Part shown: piece by piece, positions 1 to 14,520 of the stretch | How positions within the stretch are numbered: the stretch's first letter is position 1 | How the letters are laid out: each line of letters starts with the position of its first letter | Assembly (NCBI GenBank): GCA_013265495.1 | Contig: MU057796.1 | Coordinates: forward strand, 434,001 to 498,000 | Reading direction: 5' to 3' | Source of the DNA: Vicugna vicugna | Lineage: Eukaryota | Length of the DNA: 64,000 bases | Program-made: the position numbers and the translations under genes | The notes under the pieces: generated by a model | What the model saw: only the letters and a program-made list of their open reading frames with translations | Database searches by the model: none | Told to the model about the DNA's origin: nothing

Positions 1-300
1 ATACGTGGTCCAGCTTGGAGGGGCAAATGTATCATCAAGGAAATCAGGCTCTTTCTGTCATTTGTTCACCTATTCATGGCCCTCGTCTCCATGATCAAAG
101 CTTGGTGACGAGCAAGACCTCATACCAGAAAAAGAGATGGAAAAGAGACGAAAGAGGGTAATCATTTGCTTTTAAGAAAGTGAACAGGGAGTTTCACACA
201 GGATTTCGGCTATTGTTCTAAAACAGTAGTTACAGGGGACCTGGGAAATGCAGTCTCTCACTGGGCAGCTGTGACCTGGGGTGAAAAACAACTATTTGCG
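1..300 (-). mobile_element. MaLR LTR fragment (MLT1-like)
   Basis: CTGGGAAATGCAGTCT..CTGGGCAGCTGTG motif. Confidence 0.5.
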
Positions 301-999
301 GTAACAACCAGCACCGTGCCTCAGTCTTTTCCACTGGCCACCCAAATATCTGTAGACATATTTATTGCTACCAGTAGAACCCTCTCTTCACAAGACAGGC
401 AATTCAAAGCCCCAGAGAGTTGGGGCAAGCAGTTCCAGATTCACAGTTTCTGGGTGACATTTGGTTGTCTCCACTGGGTCTGGCTGTGTTGCCTCATCGC
501 CTATCAATCTATGGTGACAAACTGTTGTGTGCCACCATTCTGTACTGTGATACAGACGTACCTAGAACGCAATGGAGAGGAAGAACAGCAATGAAACATC
601 CCTCTCAAGGCCCGGAGAAGTTATCCAACCCTAGTGGTCAGTAACTGCAAAGCCTCCTTGTCCCAGCACTAAGTCCCTTGTTCTGCCCACCTGCCTACAC
701 CTGGTTTTACTCTCTCGCAGAGTCACTCCCTTGTCCGTTTTATTCTATGGTCCCTGTCATGCCCTCTGAGTGTCTTCCTCGTCCACCTAGAGCCACGTCT
801 GAAGGTGTTCAAGAGTAAACCATTCTTGGAGACGCCACAGGTGAAACAGTCATGGAATTTTGCAAGTTAGGTTTTTAGATTTTTTTGATAGCACAATTGT
901 CTCAAAATTTTTCATAAGCTTCTAAATCTACTCGCTTCCTGTCCCAGTAACCACAACCTGAACTGTTTGTGGGCATTGTTCTTTTTGTTGTTGTTTTTG

Positions 1000-2290
1000 T
1001 TGTCATTTAATTGAAAAATAATGCCACTGTAAAATGCACAACTTTTAAGTGTACAGTGTGATAAATATTTAGATATGTACACACTGTGTAACTATCACCT
1101 AGATAAGATATAGAACATTTTCAACATTTCAGAAATACCTCTCATGTCCCCTTTGAGTCAATATCCCTTCCCCCAAAAGGAACATAAAGGAACCTCTATT
1201 TTGACTTTTATTACCATAGACTATTTTTATCTGTCCTTGAGCACAAATGCTAACACTCCAGCCATCCAGTTCTGTACCTTGGTTGTTTTGTTTTGTTTTA
1301 GCCCATTAAGAGCTTCTTCATCAGAAAAACTGTGGTAATAAGAATGCCTACCTTACAGAGTTGTTGCACAAATTAAATACATTTGACATACACAAAGCAC
1401 CAAGAAAATGCCAGGCATTTTGTAGCCTCTATATTAGTTTTTTATTGCTGCATAACAATTACTACACACTTAGTGGCTTAAAGCGATACCCATGTATCAT
1501 CTCACAGGTATGTAGGTCAGAGCATCATCATGGCTTAGCTGGCTTCTGGGCCTGGGTCTCATAAGGCTGAAATCATGGTGTCAGCTGGGCTGCATCCTCA
1601 CCTGGAAGCTCACCAGGAAAGAATTTGCTTCTAACCTCTCTCAAGTTGTTGGCAGTTGTAGAATTTATGGTAGCTTATTTCTTCAAAGCCAGCGATGGGA
1701 AAGAGTCTCTCTGCTTCTTGGAATCTTTGTCCTCAGAGAATTCCTAGGTCCACTATTTTTTTAAATTCAGATATAATTCACATATCATAAAATCCATCCT
1801 TTTAAAGTGTAAAATCCAGTGGCTTTTAGTACATTCACAAAGTCGTACCACTATCACCATACATACTCCAGAATATTCTCATCACCCCCAAATAATCCTT
1901 TACTCATTAGCAATCCTGCCATCATTCCCCTTCTCCTGCTGCAGATCGATCTCTCTGTTTCTATGGATTTGCCTACACTAAACTTTCATGTGAATGGATT
2001 CATACAACATGTGGCTTTCTGCGTCTGGCTTCTTTCACTTAGCGTGTTTTCAGGATGCATTCATGTTTTCCTTTTACTGATATACCCTATTGATAGATAT
2101 GTAGTTTGCTTCCAGTCCTTGGCTATTACAGACAACACTTGTTATCCGATTACAAACAACAACGGATATCATTGAAGAAACATGTCAACATTTCAAATGT
2201 GAATGAATATATGTGTGCTACAAATTTCTAGAAGTAAAAGCGCTAGGTCAAAGGTTTACGTGTCAGTAATACTGACAGTTTTGCTGAGTT
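1000..2290 (-). mobile_element. Old L1ME/MB 3' fragments (~1000-1240 and ~1755-2290)
   Basis: TTTTAAGTGTACAGT, TCTGGCTTCTTTCACTTAGC motifs. Confidence 0.7.
1430..1745 (-). mobile_element. MaLR LTR (MLT1-like)
   Basis: ATTGCTGCATAACAATTACTACACACTTAGTGGCTTAAA, AAGGCTGAAATCATGGTGTCAGCTGGGCTGCA. Confidence 0.8.
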
Positions 2291-2404
2291 ATACCATTAT
2301 ATTCTGTCTTTAAAAGTACTGTTTTGAAGAAGGGAGGTGAAATGGTGTGGTGATTAAAAAGCACTGAGTTCAGGACTTTGTTTTGCCACAAACAGGAAAG
2401 GTCA

Positions 2405-2800
2405 GCCTAGAGTGGTTATTAAGAGCAAGGGCTTTGAAGGCATGGGTTACCTGGGTTAGAATCCTTGTTCTGCCACTTAAAATCTAAATGACATTAAGGA
2501 AGTTAAATAACCTCGCTGCCTCAGTTTTCTTTTCTGTAAGATATGGATATCATTAGGTCTTTTTGTGGGGATTAATGAGACAATACACCTAACACTTTTT
2601 TTTAAACTTTGTTTTTCTTTTTTAAAAAATCTTTTTTTTCTTGGAAGAAAGTAATTAATTAGTCATCTGTTTATTTTGATGGAGGTACTAGGGATTGAAC
2701 TCAGGACCTTCTGCATGCTAGGTGCATGCTCTGCCACTCCCCTGCAAACGTAACACTCAATACCAGTGCCTGGCACGTAGGACGTGCTCAATGAATGGTA
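2405..2800 (+). mobile_element. MIR SINE (split by the younger SINE)
   Basis: CTGGGTTAGAATCC..TCTGCCACTTA, GCCTCAGTTTTC..TGTAAGATATGG, AGTGCCTGGCACGTAG. Confidence 0.8.
2597..2750 (-). mobile_element. tRNA-derived SINE (camelid-type), inserted in a MIR
   Basis: GGAGGTACTAGGGATTGAACTCAGGACC (B-box, minus strand), T-rich tail, TSD TAACACT at 2590-2596 and 2751-2757. Confidence 0.85.
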
Positions 2801-3402
2801 ACCCTTCTTCATAGCTTGTTATGGGATCTCGGGCCACTGTCTTCAGATTTTTAAAATGAGGAGTTGAACTGGATTATTTTCATGTTTCCAAGTTTAAAAA
2901 GACAGTTGTGGTCTCTGGGTATTTAATTATATACTATCTCATTGTTCTCTAGTGTTCCTCACGTTGTTATTTTGTCTATTATGAAGGGTAGGGTATTTTC
3001 AAACTTTGGAAGCTCTTTCTCCGGAAGCTTGTGCATCTGTGGTAGCCCCTCCCATTGTACCCACCCCTCGCAGGGTTTGTCTAAGTATGCATATATAAAC
3101 AGATATGTGGATGCCCTCTGTATCTCACTATGTTAGTTTTCCTGAGATAGGTGGGAGTTAGCAAGTTTATGCCCCCTCTATCCCTCTCCTGTAGCTGACA
3201 CTTCACCTTTAGGTCTCTGCTTAGCCATTAGCATAGATCCTAGATTTATATATATTCTCCACTGAACGGTAAACATGAAAGATGTAACCATAGCCATTTG
3301 CTTCGGAATCATATCCTTAGCATATAGCAGTGCTTAGCCTCCAAGAAGCAACTGAAAAATATTTCTAATATTGAATAATAGTGTTATCTAGCTGAATACA
3401 AA

Positions 3403-3500
3403 TTTTTTAAAAGGTTTTTGTTTGTTTGTTTGTTTTATTTGTTTATTTTGGTAGAGAGGTATTTTTTATTTATTTTCAATGGAGATACTGGGGATTGAAT
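3403..3500 (-). mobile_element. 5'-truncated tRNA-derived SINE
   Basis: AATGGAGATACTGGGGATTGAA preceded by a T-rich tail. Confidence 0.7.
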
Positions 3501-4504
3501 GAACATTGTTCTCATCCCTTGCCTCCTTTATATCCTGACTTCTATGTTCTAATAACATACCAAAGAAGAAGAGTTGATGGGAATGTCTGTTTAGGGTACA
3601 GGCCGTAAGGGGGTGTATTATCTGTGGAAAATTTGAAAGCGATGATACACCAAAGCATGGACTGCTGTTTATTTTCTCTGTACTCTGGCAGTTATAAACG
3701 ATCTTAGTGATATAATACACCTCTCCACTGAGGCAGAAAGCTCTCATAGCCCCAGCTCCTTTGGAAGACTTGCTTTTCACCAATCCTCTCCATCAATATA
3801 ATGACTGCTAACTTAAGATAACCTAAAACAATAAGCTTGGGTGGGAAGGCACCCCTTAACTTGAGATTTGCCCCAGCCTTACCTCCACTTGACAAAGAAT
3901 TCTTAGTTGACCTTTGAGAAAAGTCTGTTCTTGCCTAAACTGATCTCTTTTTGTTAATACTTTGCTAAAGTCAGTGGAGAACATCCAGTGAATCATAATA
4001 ATCTGGTGCCTGTACAGCAACAGACTTGAGAAGAATTCGACTTGGGCTCCAAGCCATCAAAGGCAATAGTTGTACCAACTGTATTATCATAGGACACAAA
4101 GAAGCACCTGTTTTCCAACCTATGAGCCTGGTTTCCTTGTAGACAACCACCCGTCCTCTCAGTGAATACAAAGTGTGTGTGTATGTGTGTAATGATGGCA
4201 GTATTCCACTTCTGTTACTAATATTAAAAACTTTTAAAAATATGAAAGCTTGGCTAGTGTCCATACACACTGATTTCAGGATAATGTTAACCCCAGGGAA
4301 GGAAAGGAAACAGGCATGTTGGTAGATTCAACTGTGTCTGCAACATCTTATTTCTTAAAAAAAAAGTATTTGAAACAAACATCAGAAATATGTTAAGCTT
4401 TTAAAAATATTGATATTAAGTGCAGACTACCTACTATATTATGCAATTTCTGTATGTTTGCAGTGTTTTCATCTTCTAAAGAAATTTTAAATGTTAAAAA
4501 TATA

Positions 4505-5200
4505 TGTATGTACTAACTCAAAAAGGTATCTGGCCCCCAGCCATGTCCATAGCAGCATTATTTACAATAGTTAAGACATGGAAAGAACCCATGTCCATAG
4601 ATGGATGAATGAATGAGGAAGTTGTGGTGTGTGTATTTATATACAATGGAATATTGTTTGGCCATAAAATACAGGGAAACCCTACTGTTTGCAACAACAT
4701 GGATGGACCCTGAAGGCATTATGCTAGGTGAAATAAATCAGAGAAAGATGAATACTGTATAATCTTAAATATATGTAGAATCTAAACAAACCAAAAAAAT
4801 CCCCAGAACAAATCTTACAGAAAAAGAAATCAGACTTGTGGCTATCTGAGGCAGAGGGCAGAGAAACGGGGAACTGGGGAAAGGTGGCCAAAAGGTACAA
4901 ACTTCTAGTTATAAGTACTAGGGATGTAATGTACACCATGATGACTATAGTTGGCAATACTGTATGATATCTAGGAAAGTTGTTAAAAGAGTAAATCCTA
5001 AGAGTTTTCATCAAATAAATTTCCCTTTATCCTTTTCTTCTTCTTTTTCTTTTGATTGTATCTACATAAGAATATGGATGCTAGCTAAAATTACTGTGGT
5101 AATCATTTCACAAGATATGTAAATCAAGCCATCATGCAGTACACCTTAAACTTGTACAGTGAATGATGTGTGTCGATTATTTCTCAATAAAACTGGAAAG
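4505..5200 (+). mobile_element. L1 3' end
   Basis: GCAACAACATGGATGGACCCTGAAGGCATTATGCTAGGTGAAATAA...CTCAATAAAACTGG. Confidence 0.85.
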
Positions 5201-8200
5201 TATGTGTGTATATGTGTATACATGTATTTGGTGTATATATATATATGTGTGTGTGTGTGTATGTGTATACATATATAAATGTGCTTAGGTATGCATAAAA
5301 TACTTCCAAAAGATTACACAAAAACTGGGGAAGGAAATGGTATACTAAGGTATTAGGTGCTGAGGGAGATCGAACCTTTAAAAATTCTGTGCTACTTGTA
5401 TGAATTTACTAATCTAACTAAATAAATAATATACCAATAAACATGATTTTCTTTGAAAGTCAGGGCACTTTAAGTCATTATAAGGGATTTCTCACAAGGT
5501 TATCTTAGATCATTTCTGGGCATTATTTGTATTGCTTTATGTGTATTGTTAAATGCTACCATTTTGGAATTCTGTCTCTGGAAATCCTTGGGATAACAAT
5601 GTTTTAAATATCTAGTCCTCTTGCCCCCTTCATCAAGAATTTCATTCTTGAAATTTCTCAAGAATTAATCCCGCTAGAATTTGACAGCCTGGATAGTTGG
5701 TGAACATACTCTTTGCAAAAACAAACAAAAAACTCTTAAGAGATAATGAGCCACAGACTCTTGGATTTCTTTCCAGGTTAATGATAAATGTTACCTCCTC
5801 CTTTCATTATATCCACAGTTGGCAATTCAAATACGTTAATTTACCAGAAAACAATAATGTGCTTGGTTTCTTAAAAATTCTTTAAACCTTGGTTTTAGTC
5901 TTGACCTTCTAATCTAGTTCTGTTCACACACCACTTAAATAGAGATATATTTCTAGAGTTTCAGTTTTAGATATAGGAACAATAGGAAATGTCTTGATCC
6001 ACAAAAGGATGCTTTATTTGCTAAACTCCTTCCTCTGCACTTTGAAGCTGACCATTTCTTTCAGTTAGAGTCTACTTCCTCCCTTACAACTGTCCTCAAA
6101 CTCTTTGGTTCATGTTCAATGTATTCAGTAAGAGTACAGACTAGTTGAGAGAAGAAGCGTTCTTTTCTTCTTAGTTATTCCAAAGCAATTTAAAAGAAAA
6201 AAATCACAACTTTGTGTTAGGCACTGTGACAGGTGCCAGATGTAAAAAAGCACCTGTGACACTGGGCCTCTGAGAGGTTCACAGTGTTCTTCCTCTATAT
6301 CCTTTATTAAGTGTTCAATAAACTCTTATTTTAAAGACAAAGAGAGAGAAACCAGTCTTGTTCATCTACCCAGTCAAGGGAGAATCTTGGTAAGAAATAT
6401 AATCCTATAATCCCCTTAACAATGTCTGAACATACATTAATTTAATCAATCATATACTACATTTGAGGAAAAAATACTTCAATTAGGACCCCAGATTTCT
6501 CTCTTCTATATCTTGGGGAAATGACCAATTTGCATCAAGGTCCTCTGTCTACATCATGAGTAGAATTTCATTCTCCAACATTGTGCTTCTGTTTTTTGAA
6601 CAATCCAAACTGTAAGCAACATTTTCTTGATTTCTAACTGAAAAATTATTTCTGGTCTATCGTTGAATGGAAATAATGTGTCCAACTATTCCAACAACAC
6701 AGAAAACCTGCCATTTATGACCTTCTCTTGATTGGTGCACTGGATATAATACAAATTACTTTCCATACTCAGATCCTGAAATGCTTATCAACTATGGACA
6801 GGCCCAAGACAAACAGAAATTCCACTAGGATTTAACTGGTTCTTTCACAAGTTCTCCGAAGGGGAAATAGATAAAGCAAGAGACTGTCATTTTGCATCCA
6901 GCCCAGTGAAATTGTGTAACATAAATAAAGGGTGAATGGAACTGCCTTCACCCTTTTAAAACTTACTTCCTAAGCCAAAGGAGAAGCTATTTTTCAAAGG
7001 CACTACAGGAAGTGAAAGAAAAATGCAAAAATTGAAACTGGTCAGATTTTGTTTTTATGAAGTCAAATGAGAATTTTCAATTAGGTCACACCAGGTATAC
7101 AGTGGAGCTTCCAGGAGAAAGACGATCAAGGGTTGGGCAAGGTTTCTGGTGTTTGCACTTAGAATAAAAGAAAGAGGTTCATTAATAAAAATTTTAGGTA
7201 GGGCCAGTCTGAAATTCAGAATGGAACTGCATGAAACTCAGTGTGACTGTATTCATTGTGAGAGTTCTTATCCAGAAACAGAACATTCATTCTTTAGTTC
7301 AAAATTCCACTAGAAATAGGTCGTGTGAATTTTTGATCATTACAATAAGCATTTATAGTCACAGCATAAGTAGCTGAAGCAGATTTAAGGGCCTGCGTCA
7401 CAATTGGGGGTGAGTTCTGTGCTCCCTGTGTCAACATGGTGAGTCCGGAATCTTCTTTTCTGGGTTTGGGCAACATTCCAGCTTTCTACCTTTCTGTTTT
7501 GAGCAACAGTATAGTCCTCTGTTTTTCTTCATTCAGTAAGGGCCTCAGCTGGTAACCCATACTCCATTCTGTCTTAAATTTCTTTCTGTCTTTCACATAC
7601 TTGGTAGAATCTAGTGATTCTGGATATTTGCATCAATGGAGAATGGCTTTGGGGAGAAACACAAGTGCTAAGACGCCTTAAGGAACAGTGTTGGAAGAAG
7701 TCAAGCAATCACAAGGAGGAGACCCAGTGGAGAGAACAGGGGCAGGTGATGTGGCCTGTCTCTCCTGTGTAATCCCTCCAGCCCTGTCATGTGCTGCGGG
7801 TGGTTACGATGCTGTCATGGCACAGAGCAGAGAGTGCAAAAAAGATCTGAGTAATACTCTGCTACAGGAAGGGGTTTTGTGGTATACACAAGTCCTATTA
7901 AAATCGACTGCGTTGACAGCCTTGCATGTGGTTCTTGGGCTATTCAAAGAAAATAAAACCTCCTAAGTTATTTCCAGGCACATGGGTCTTTCTCTTTTGA
8001 ATTACTCAGAGATTACGAAGTACCTTGACAATGAAAACTGGGTCCTGATGACTCAACCTCCCTCAACCAAAGTTGTGAACATTGGAGGAAATAATACACA
8101 TTGTTAGGCACTATCTGACAGAGAATAGGCATGCAATTAATGTTTGTTTTTAAAAAGCTGCTGAGCAGTAAACTTGAAGTTGGCATTTTTTGTTCCTTAA

Positions 8201-10699
8201 ACTTTAAGGGAAAGGGACATGCAGCTAAATTTGAAATGATGGACAGCGTGACCCAGAAAAGGCCTTGCTATATTGTGAGATACCATTGGCTGTCCAAAGG
8301 ATGAGGTAAGACCATAGTTGCTCCATATTTCCTTCACTAACTACAGATTTTACCTCATCAGTAAAGACAGGCCCAGGAAAGAATGTGCAGAAACCCATTT
8401 TCTTGATTGAACACAATGACATTCTTTTGCATAACCTCTAGGGAAAGAGAGAAGACAGGCTTTTGTCTTTCACGGGCATGTTCAAAAGCATCCCAGTTCG
8501 CTAGAGGGAAAGGTAAGTAAAGCAGACTGAAGGGCACTGAGAGGCTGAAGAACTTATCTGCTTCAATGCAGTTTTATCCATACAAGCGAGTTCATACATA
8601 TCTTTGCATTTCACATCAGATGGCAACCTAGTGGAGAGAGATTTGGTGGTGCAAGTGAGAGCTGTAAACTTACACAGGATTGAAGAACACTTTATTTAAT
8701 TTAATTAATTTAATTACTAAATTTCAAATGCAAGGTCCCACTTAAAAGTAGGCGGAGGAGCCCACCTATATTTAAGAACAAAGAAGGTATCAGTGAAATA
8801 GAAACAGAAAAACAATGAGGAATCAGTGAAACCAAAAGATGGTTTGTTAAGAAAGTCAACAACATCAATAAAACTGATAGATTAGGAGTATTTGAGCACA
8901 TTGCAAATGGATTTATGACATTTATACCCAAATATCTTTTGCAATAACCCATATATCAATATTATCCATCTCATTAATTAAGACATGAGATCTACTGTTA
9001 AAACTGAGAAACAAGTTTCAAAGAATAAACTATGAAATAATCACAAGCGATTAACATCTCCGGGCTATTATGTTGCTAGATTTATTGGGCCCTGAGAGAT
9101 AGGACAAAGAACAGGTAAGTTTTTATCGGAGGTTTGGGGGAAATTAATATTCATTCTTGTTGAAGGCAGGGCCAAGGCAGTAGGAAGAATTATGCCTTAT
9201 GCTGAAAGGTGATTCTGATTGCATCTCCAGAATGTTTTCTCCCATTTGGACATTTGGATGAATGTGTAGATTGAACTGTGACTTGCATTGAGCCAGCTCT
9301 GTTAATTCTTTCATTTTTACCCTTTATGTATAATAAGATGCAAAGAGGTTTAGCTCTCTGTTGTCAGAAAGTATATACTACAGAACAACAGAGAAGGCTA
9401 CTACTTGGAACAGTTAAAAAAAATACCATGTTTGAGGCACAGAATCACACACACACATATCTGCATCTATGTATATAGGCATGTACATAAGTCTCCAAAT
9501 GGCTATCTGTGACATTTCACTGAAGACAAGCAAGTGAGTTGGTGTCCAAAACATGACATATAGTGTAGAAACCCACTTTGGACAATGAGATGTGTGATGG
9601 CCTTCATGAAGCTATTATGGTAGTTGGAAGCCTTCAAGGTCCTGCTGCCCATAATGGATCCTAGAAGTGAACGTGTTTGGGCCTCAGAGTTATCCTATAT
9701 GAGTCTCAGCCTGTCCTAGAGAGTGTGTCCTAGGCTGGAAGGCCAGTCTCCTGGGACTCAAGTGTAGAGTCTATGTTTCTGCTCATGAGTATCCTGGACA
9801 GTGGAATGGTTAATACTGACACAAGACCTTGGACCTTGGCTCTCACTCTCTTCCCATCTACGCTCAATTTCCATCAGCTACTTTGATCAGATTTGTAACC
9901 ATTTTCCTTGTCTAGAACTCTGGCTGAAGTTGTCTAAAGGTCTAGATAGGATCCAGTCTGCTTGAGTGGGGCAGGTATAAGATTGTTTACATCTTACTTC
10001 TGAAACAAGTAATTTTGAAAAGGGTGCATAAAGCCAGAGTGACAACACTGCAAATGTAAGTGACAGAAATCTTTATGTGTGTGTTGTTTATACCTTTAGC
10101 AAAAGCATTGCTTTAACAACACAAAAAAGTTGAAATCATCACTCTGTACTCAACATAAAGGCAAAGTGAACAGGTTATGAATGAATTAGTGGGTAGTAAG
10201 AGTGGTGAGTGTGAACACCATAAAAAAAAATCAACTGAAATTTCTTGGAGCATAAATAATGAGACTGAATGAACAATTTTTTTTTTCCCTCACCACCTTG
10301 ATTCACCTCAGAAGAAACAAGATAGAAATACTGTCATGTGTAAGGGAATCTTTTCTAGGCTTATCGTAATTTTGATAATTCATTCTTGTTTGTGATCATT
10401 CTCTCTGAACTGGATACGTGATTGAAAACTGTTGTCCCTACTTGCTCTGAAGTGGCAGATCACCCTTCCGGGTATAAAGAACTATTGCCTTCACATGGAT
10501 CTATGTTGACTTTTTTCAGGAGAGACTGTGAAACATTTTCAGAGGAGGAATCCTTTGTTTTAAAATTCCTAATGTATCTCAAGTTGTCTGGTTGACATAT
10601 TTGTTTGATAAAATCATTAACACACTGTATTTTCCAATGGAAATCACAGATTTTCTCTATCCCCAAATGGTTCTATTTTTTTTCTCTTCTATAAATTTA

Positions 10700-12050
10700 A
10701 TTTTCACACAATTCTACAAATCACCATCCTTAAAACTGGAAGTCATCTCTAGTTTTTCCCCTCTTCCTAAGCCCCACAACCAACCCATCTCCAACACTTG
10801 ATGATTTCTCCTTCCAGTCTTTTCTTTGTTGGCCCTTCCACTAAGTCACTTTAATTTTAAAATTAAAATTTCACTTTAATTTCTTATCCATCTTTTCATT
10901 CAAAGATGACTGTAAAAACTCCAAAATGATATTCCTGCCTCCAGGCTCAACTCACTCACCTGTCTGACACAATATAATTAAAGGAAATTAAACCCCTTTC
11001 TTATTCTTCATTATTTACATAGCTACCCAAATAAAAACCTTCAAAATCTTCCCATATTTTTATTTTGTCATCCAAGGTCTTCCATAGATGTCTCTCCTGC
11101 ACAGGCAATAAAGAAGCCATGCAATCTTTTTGAAAAGACCTGGTTCTGGGGTAAAAGCATTATTTTAAGAAAATTAGGATCATCTCAGTTTTCAAGTGTG
11201 TTTCCATATAGAGTGAAGCTGGAGATAAGGGTTCTTGCTCAGGTGATTAAGGTAGTAATCCAGGCATGGGGAACCAATCTGTGTCCTCTAGCAGGAGCCC
11301 TGAGACTGGAAGGGAAGAGCTCTATGTGATGCAAGCAGAAAAAGAAATGAGGACACACAAAAATAGCAGGTGATGGATAGCATAATAACAGAAATAGAGA
11401 AATAATAAAAATGAGCCAATTTAGGGGCTGGAGAAGGAAAATTAATTCTAATTTGGCTGTTCTGAGTTTGAGGTGAAGGGATGCAACCAAGTAACAATGG
11501 CCAGTAGGTAATCCAGGACTGGAACTCAGGAGATGAACTTGACTGCAGATATAGATTTAAATTATCCCCCTAGTTAAATTGTTGATTGCGGATAGTTTAT
11601 ATGTGGGAGAAAGTATAGATGAGGGAGAGCAGAGGTAATGAGGACTTATTTTGTAAATAGCTATAGTTAGGGAGAGATTTAAAAGAAAGAAATTGGACAC
11701 AGGGGAAACTGTGAAGTAGAGGGGACACTGCATAATTTTGTCACAGAAACCAATTAAGAGCGGAGTTTCAAAAGAAGAAGTTGAAGACAAAGATAATGAG
11801 CAGTCAGGATGTCATGAAATTGATGACGAAGGCATTGGTGACCTCTGTAAGGGCACTGTCAGACCCGTGATGGGGAAGGAAGCCAGATTTCAGGATGTTA
11901 GAATGGGTGGTAAGGAGTAGAAAACTGGACTTTAAGGAACTGACAGCAAACACAAGGAAAATAAGATGGTAGCCTGAAAATTCACGATGGTCATGCTTCC
12001 CCCTCTCCAAACCAAGGAAGACTTGAGCTTTATTTGAAGTAGAACAGAAA
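10700..12050. mobile_element. L2 LINE fragments
   Basis: TGAGTTTGAGGTG, GGAACTCAGGAGATG, GCATTGGTGACCTCTGTAAGGGCA, AGCCAGATTTCAGG motifs. Confidence 0.6.
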
Positions 12051-13649
12051 GAAGGAAATGGTGTAGATGCCCCAAAGGGGGGGGGGTACTAATAACAGAA
12101 AGAGTGAAGACAGAGGATATTTACTTGAGAAAGAATGTAAGGCCCCTCTCCTCTGGAAAAAAACACAAGAATATAGATCTAGAGGAAAAAAATGAGTTTT
12201 GGGTGAATAAAGGGGTCATGTTAGCTGTTAGAACAAGACTGCCGTGGAGGACATGAAGACCGGTTTGAATAACCACTTGCTCTGTGTATATACAAAGTTT
12301 AAAACTAACCCAATAAAAGATGTGAGAACAACAATAAAATCCTGGCTGAACACAGTGGTGTGGCTTTTTAATGATAAACATTCAAAGAAACCACATCATT
12401 GTTCATCAACATTTACTGATGTACCCTCTGTTACTACTTGCTAATTAATTCACTAAGATTGATGAAGATTAAATTGGGATAGTGAGATACTGGAAAATTT
12501 TATTTCCTGATCCTACGCGCTCACACTCAACGTGAGCCAAAGCCCTGGTTGTCAATGGTTACACCACTGCGATTCAGAAGAAAGCTGTTCCACATTAGTA
12601 AATTAGATGAAAAACACACTGTTACTTTCAACATTAGCAAAAGCCACATGGTGTGTTGCAACAAAGCCGAGGATTAGGGATCATAAAATCTTTCCACGCT
12701 AAGCAAGGCAGCAGGAGTGGGTAGTCCTTACTCACTTGGACCCTGGGGCCGTGAGAATTGTTCTTACTTAAAAGGCAGAATTAATTCTGAGGAAAGAGAA
12801 GAAAGGCACTATTTATCAGAAAGACCAGAAAGTGAGACACAGGTGAGGTAGAGATGGAGTTCTGTTTAAGAAGTGTGAGGGAAATTGGTAAAAGCAATGA
12901 TATCCTGAGAAAAAGAGAAAAGCAATTTAAAAAGTAGGAAACCAGTGGCTGCTGTGATTAACTGGCTAAGAAAGAGGCAAGAACTAGAAATCCAGTCAGT
13001 ATTATAAGTTGAAATCTAGGACAGTTTTCCTACATTCGTTTTTCCCTTTATTAAATAGGAATTGAATTGAAATTTGAATGTAGCTTCCCAGAACAAATCT
13101 CGAAATGTGTCCAACCCTGTTATCCTACTTACAAGGTCAATCTACTAATATTTTAACAGCACCCATTTGTCTATAATTTAGGATTATTTCAAGCTAGGTT
13201 ATTACAGAGGAGATTCTTCCTGTATTCTTGACCCCTTAGTGTGGCCCATCCTGGAGGGGACATGAGTCTGGACACTTGCAAACAAAGAAAATGACCTGAA
13301 TCCATTCTGCTTTGAGCTTAATGACATACGTTATATATGCAGCCTTTAATTATGATAACAGCATGATCCCTGGTGTCTCACACATGTTGAACCAAAGATA
13401 AGACACCAAGAGACTTTTCTCCCCAGAGAAATTTGATTGGTGTCACAGAAATCAGTAGAGTACTTCCTAACAGAACACTTTTATGAGCATGCTTTCAGCT
13501 CTGGAGACAAGGATGGACTACTGGAAGGGCTGGAAACATAACACACGGATTCTACTTAACACTAGCAATCAGTTTCTGTTGAAAGCAACTGCACCAGTGG
13601 CTCAGGATCCGAGCAGGGACTACATCAAGTAGGAAGCCATCTATTTCAT

Positions 13650-14520
13650 TTAAACACATGGCAGGTAGCAACATTAGGAAAGAGACCAGGCATGATTCCT
13701 TCATGAACCCAGAGTGGATGATGGATCAAAAAGACACCTCATGAGTGAAAATTTACAGATAGCTCAGAGGGAGAGGCTGGAATAGTCCATGTTCTAATTG
13801 ATTAGAATTAGAGACATCAGTATAAACTCATGTTTATCTTAATGTTGATACTAATTTTTGCATGTGGAAATATTCATACACACACACACACACACACACG
13901 TTAGATTATACATACATAATTTCCTTGCTCTGTAATCTGAAGACTCAGTAGCAATAAAAACACCAGTATCCAGATCTTTGTTTCTAATATTTTTTTCCAG
14001 TAAAAGGAACTAGGGCCCTTTGGTGAAATGGTTAATTCTAGGACTGGAGTAGTGAATAGACAAAATGAGCCTGGAGTACCAGAAAATAAGGAAATATTAA
14101 AAAGAAAAAAACCCACAGTGATGGGACATGCCAAAGGGACACAGGAGCCAACTAAAAGCACTCCCAATAGCCAAATAATTAATAATAATAATAATAACAA
14201 CAACAATAATAATAGTTTGAGAAATAAATAATTAAATAAATTTAACCCAAAGTATAAAATAAACACACATGAGTCTGGATGGATATAAATAAATAACTGG
14301 GTAAATGAATATGTGAGGGGGTAACAGATCTCCTATGCAGAAACATCTCCTAATAATTTATGTGGATACATGGTCCTCAAGGAGGGTAAGCATGACTCTC
14401 CACTACTTAAATGTGGGCTGGGCACAGTGACTTCCTTACAAAGATTACATAGCATGGAAAAGGGGGTGGTAACATTACAATGGGGAAACCTGGTGAACGC
14501 TACCTCAGGCAGGTATCAGT
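13650..14520 (+). mobile_element. L1ME-like 3' fragment with (CA)n 13878-13899 and (AAT/AAC)n 14175-14214
   Basis: CTCCACTACTTAAATGTGGGCTGGGCACAGTGACTTCCTT motif; microsatellites seen directly. Confidence 0.6.

Noticed and set aside
13901..14266. Poly-Leu / poly-Asn ORFs
   Set aside because: Produced by an (AAT/AAC)n microsatellite in an old L1.
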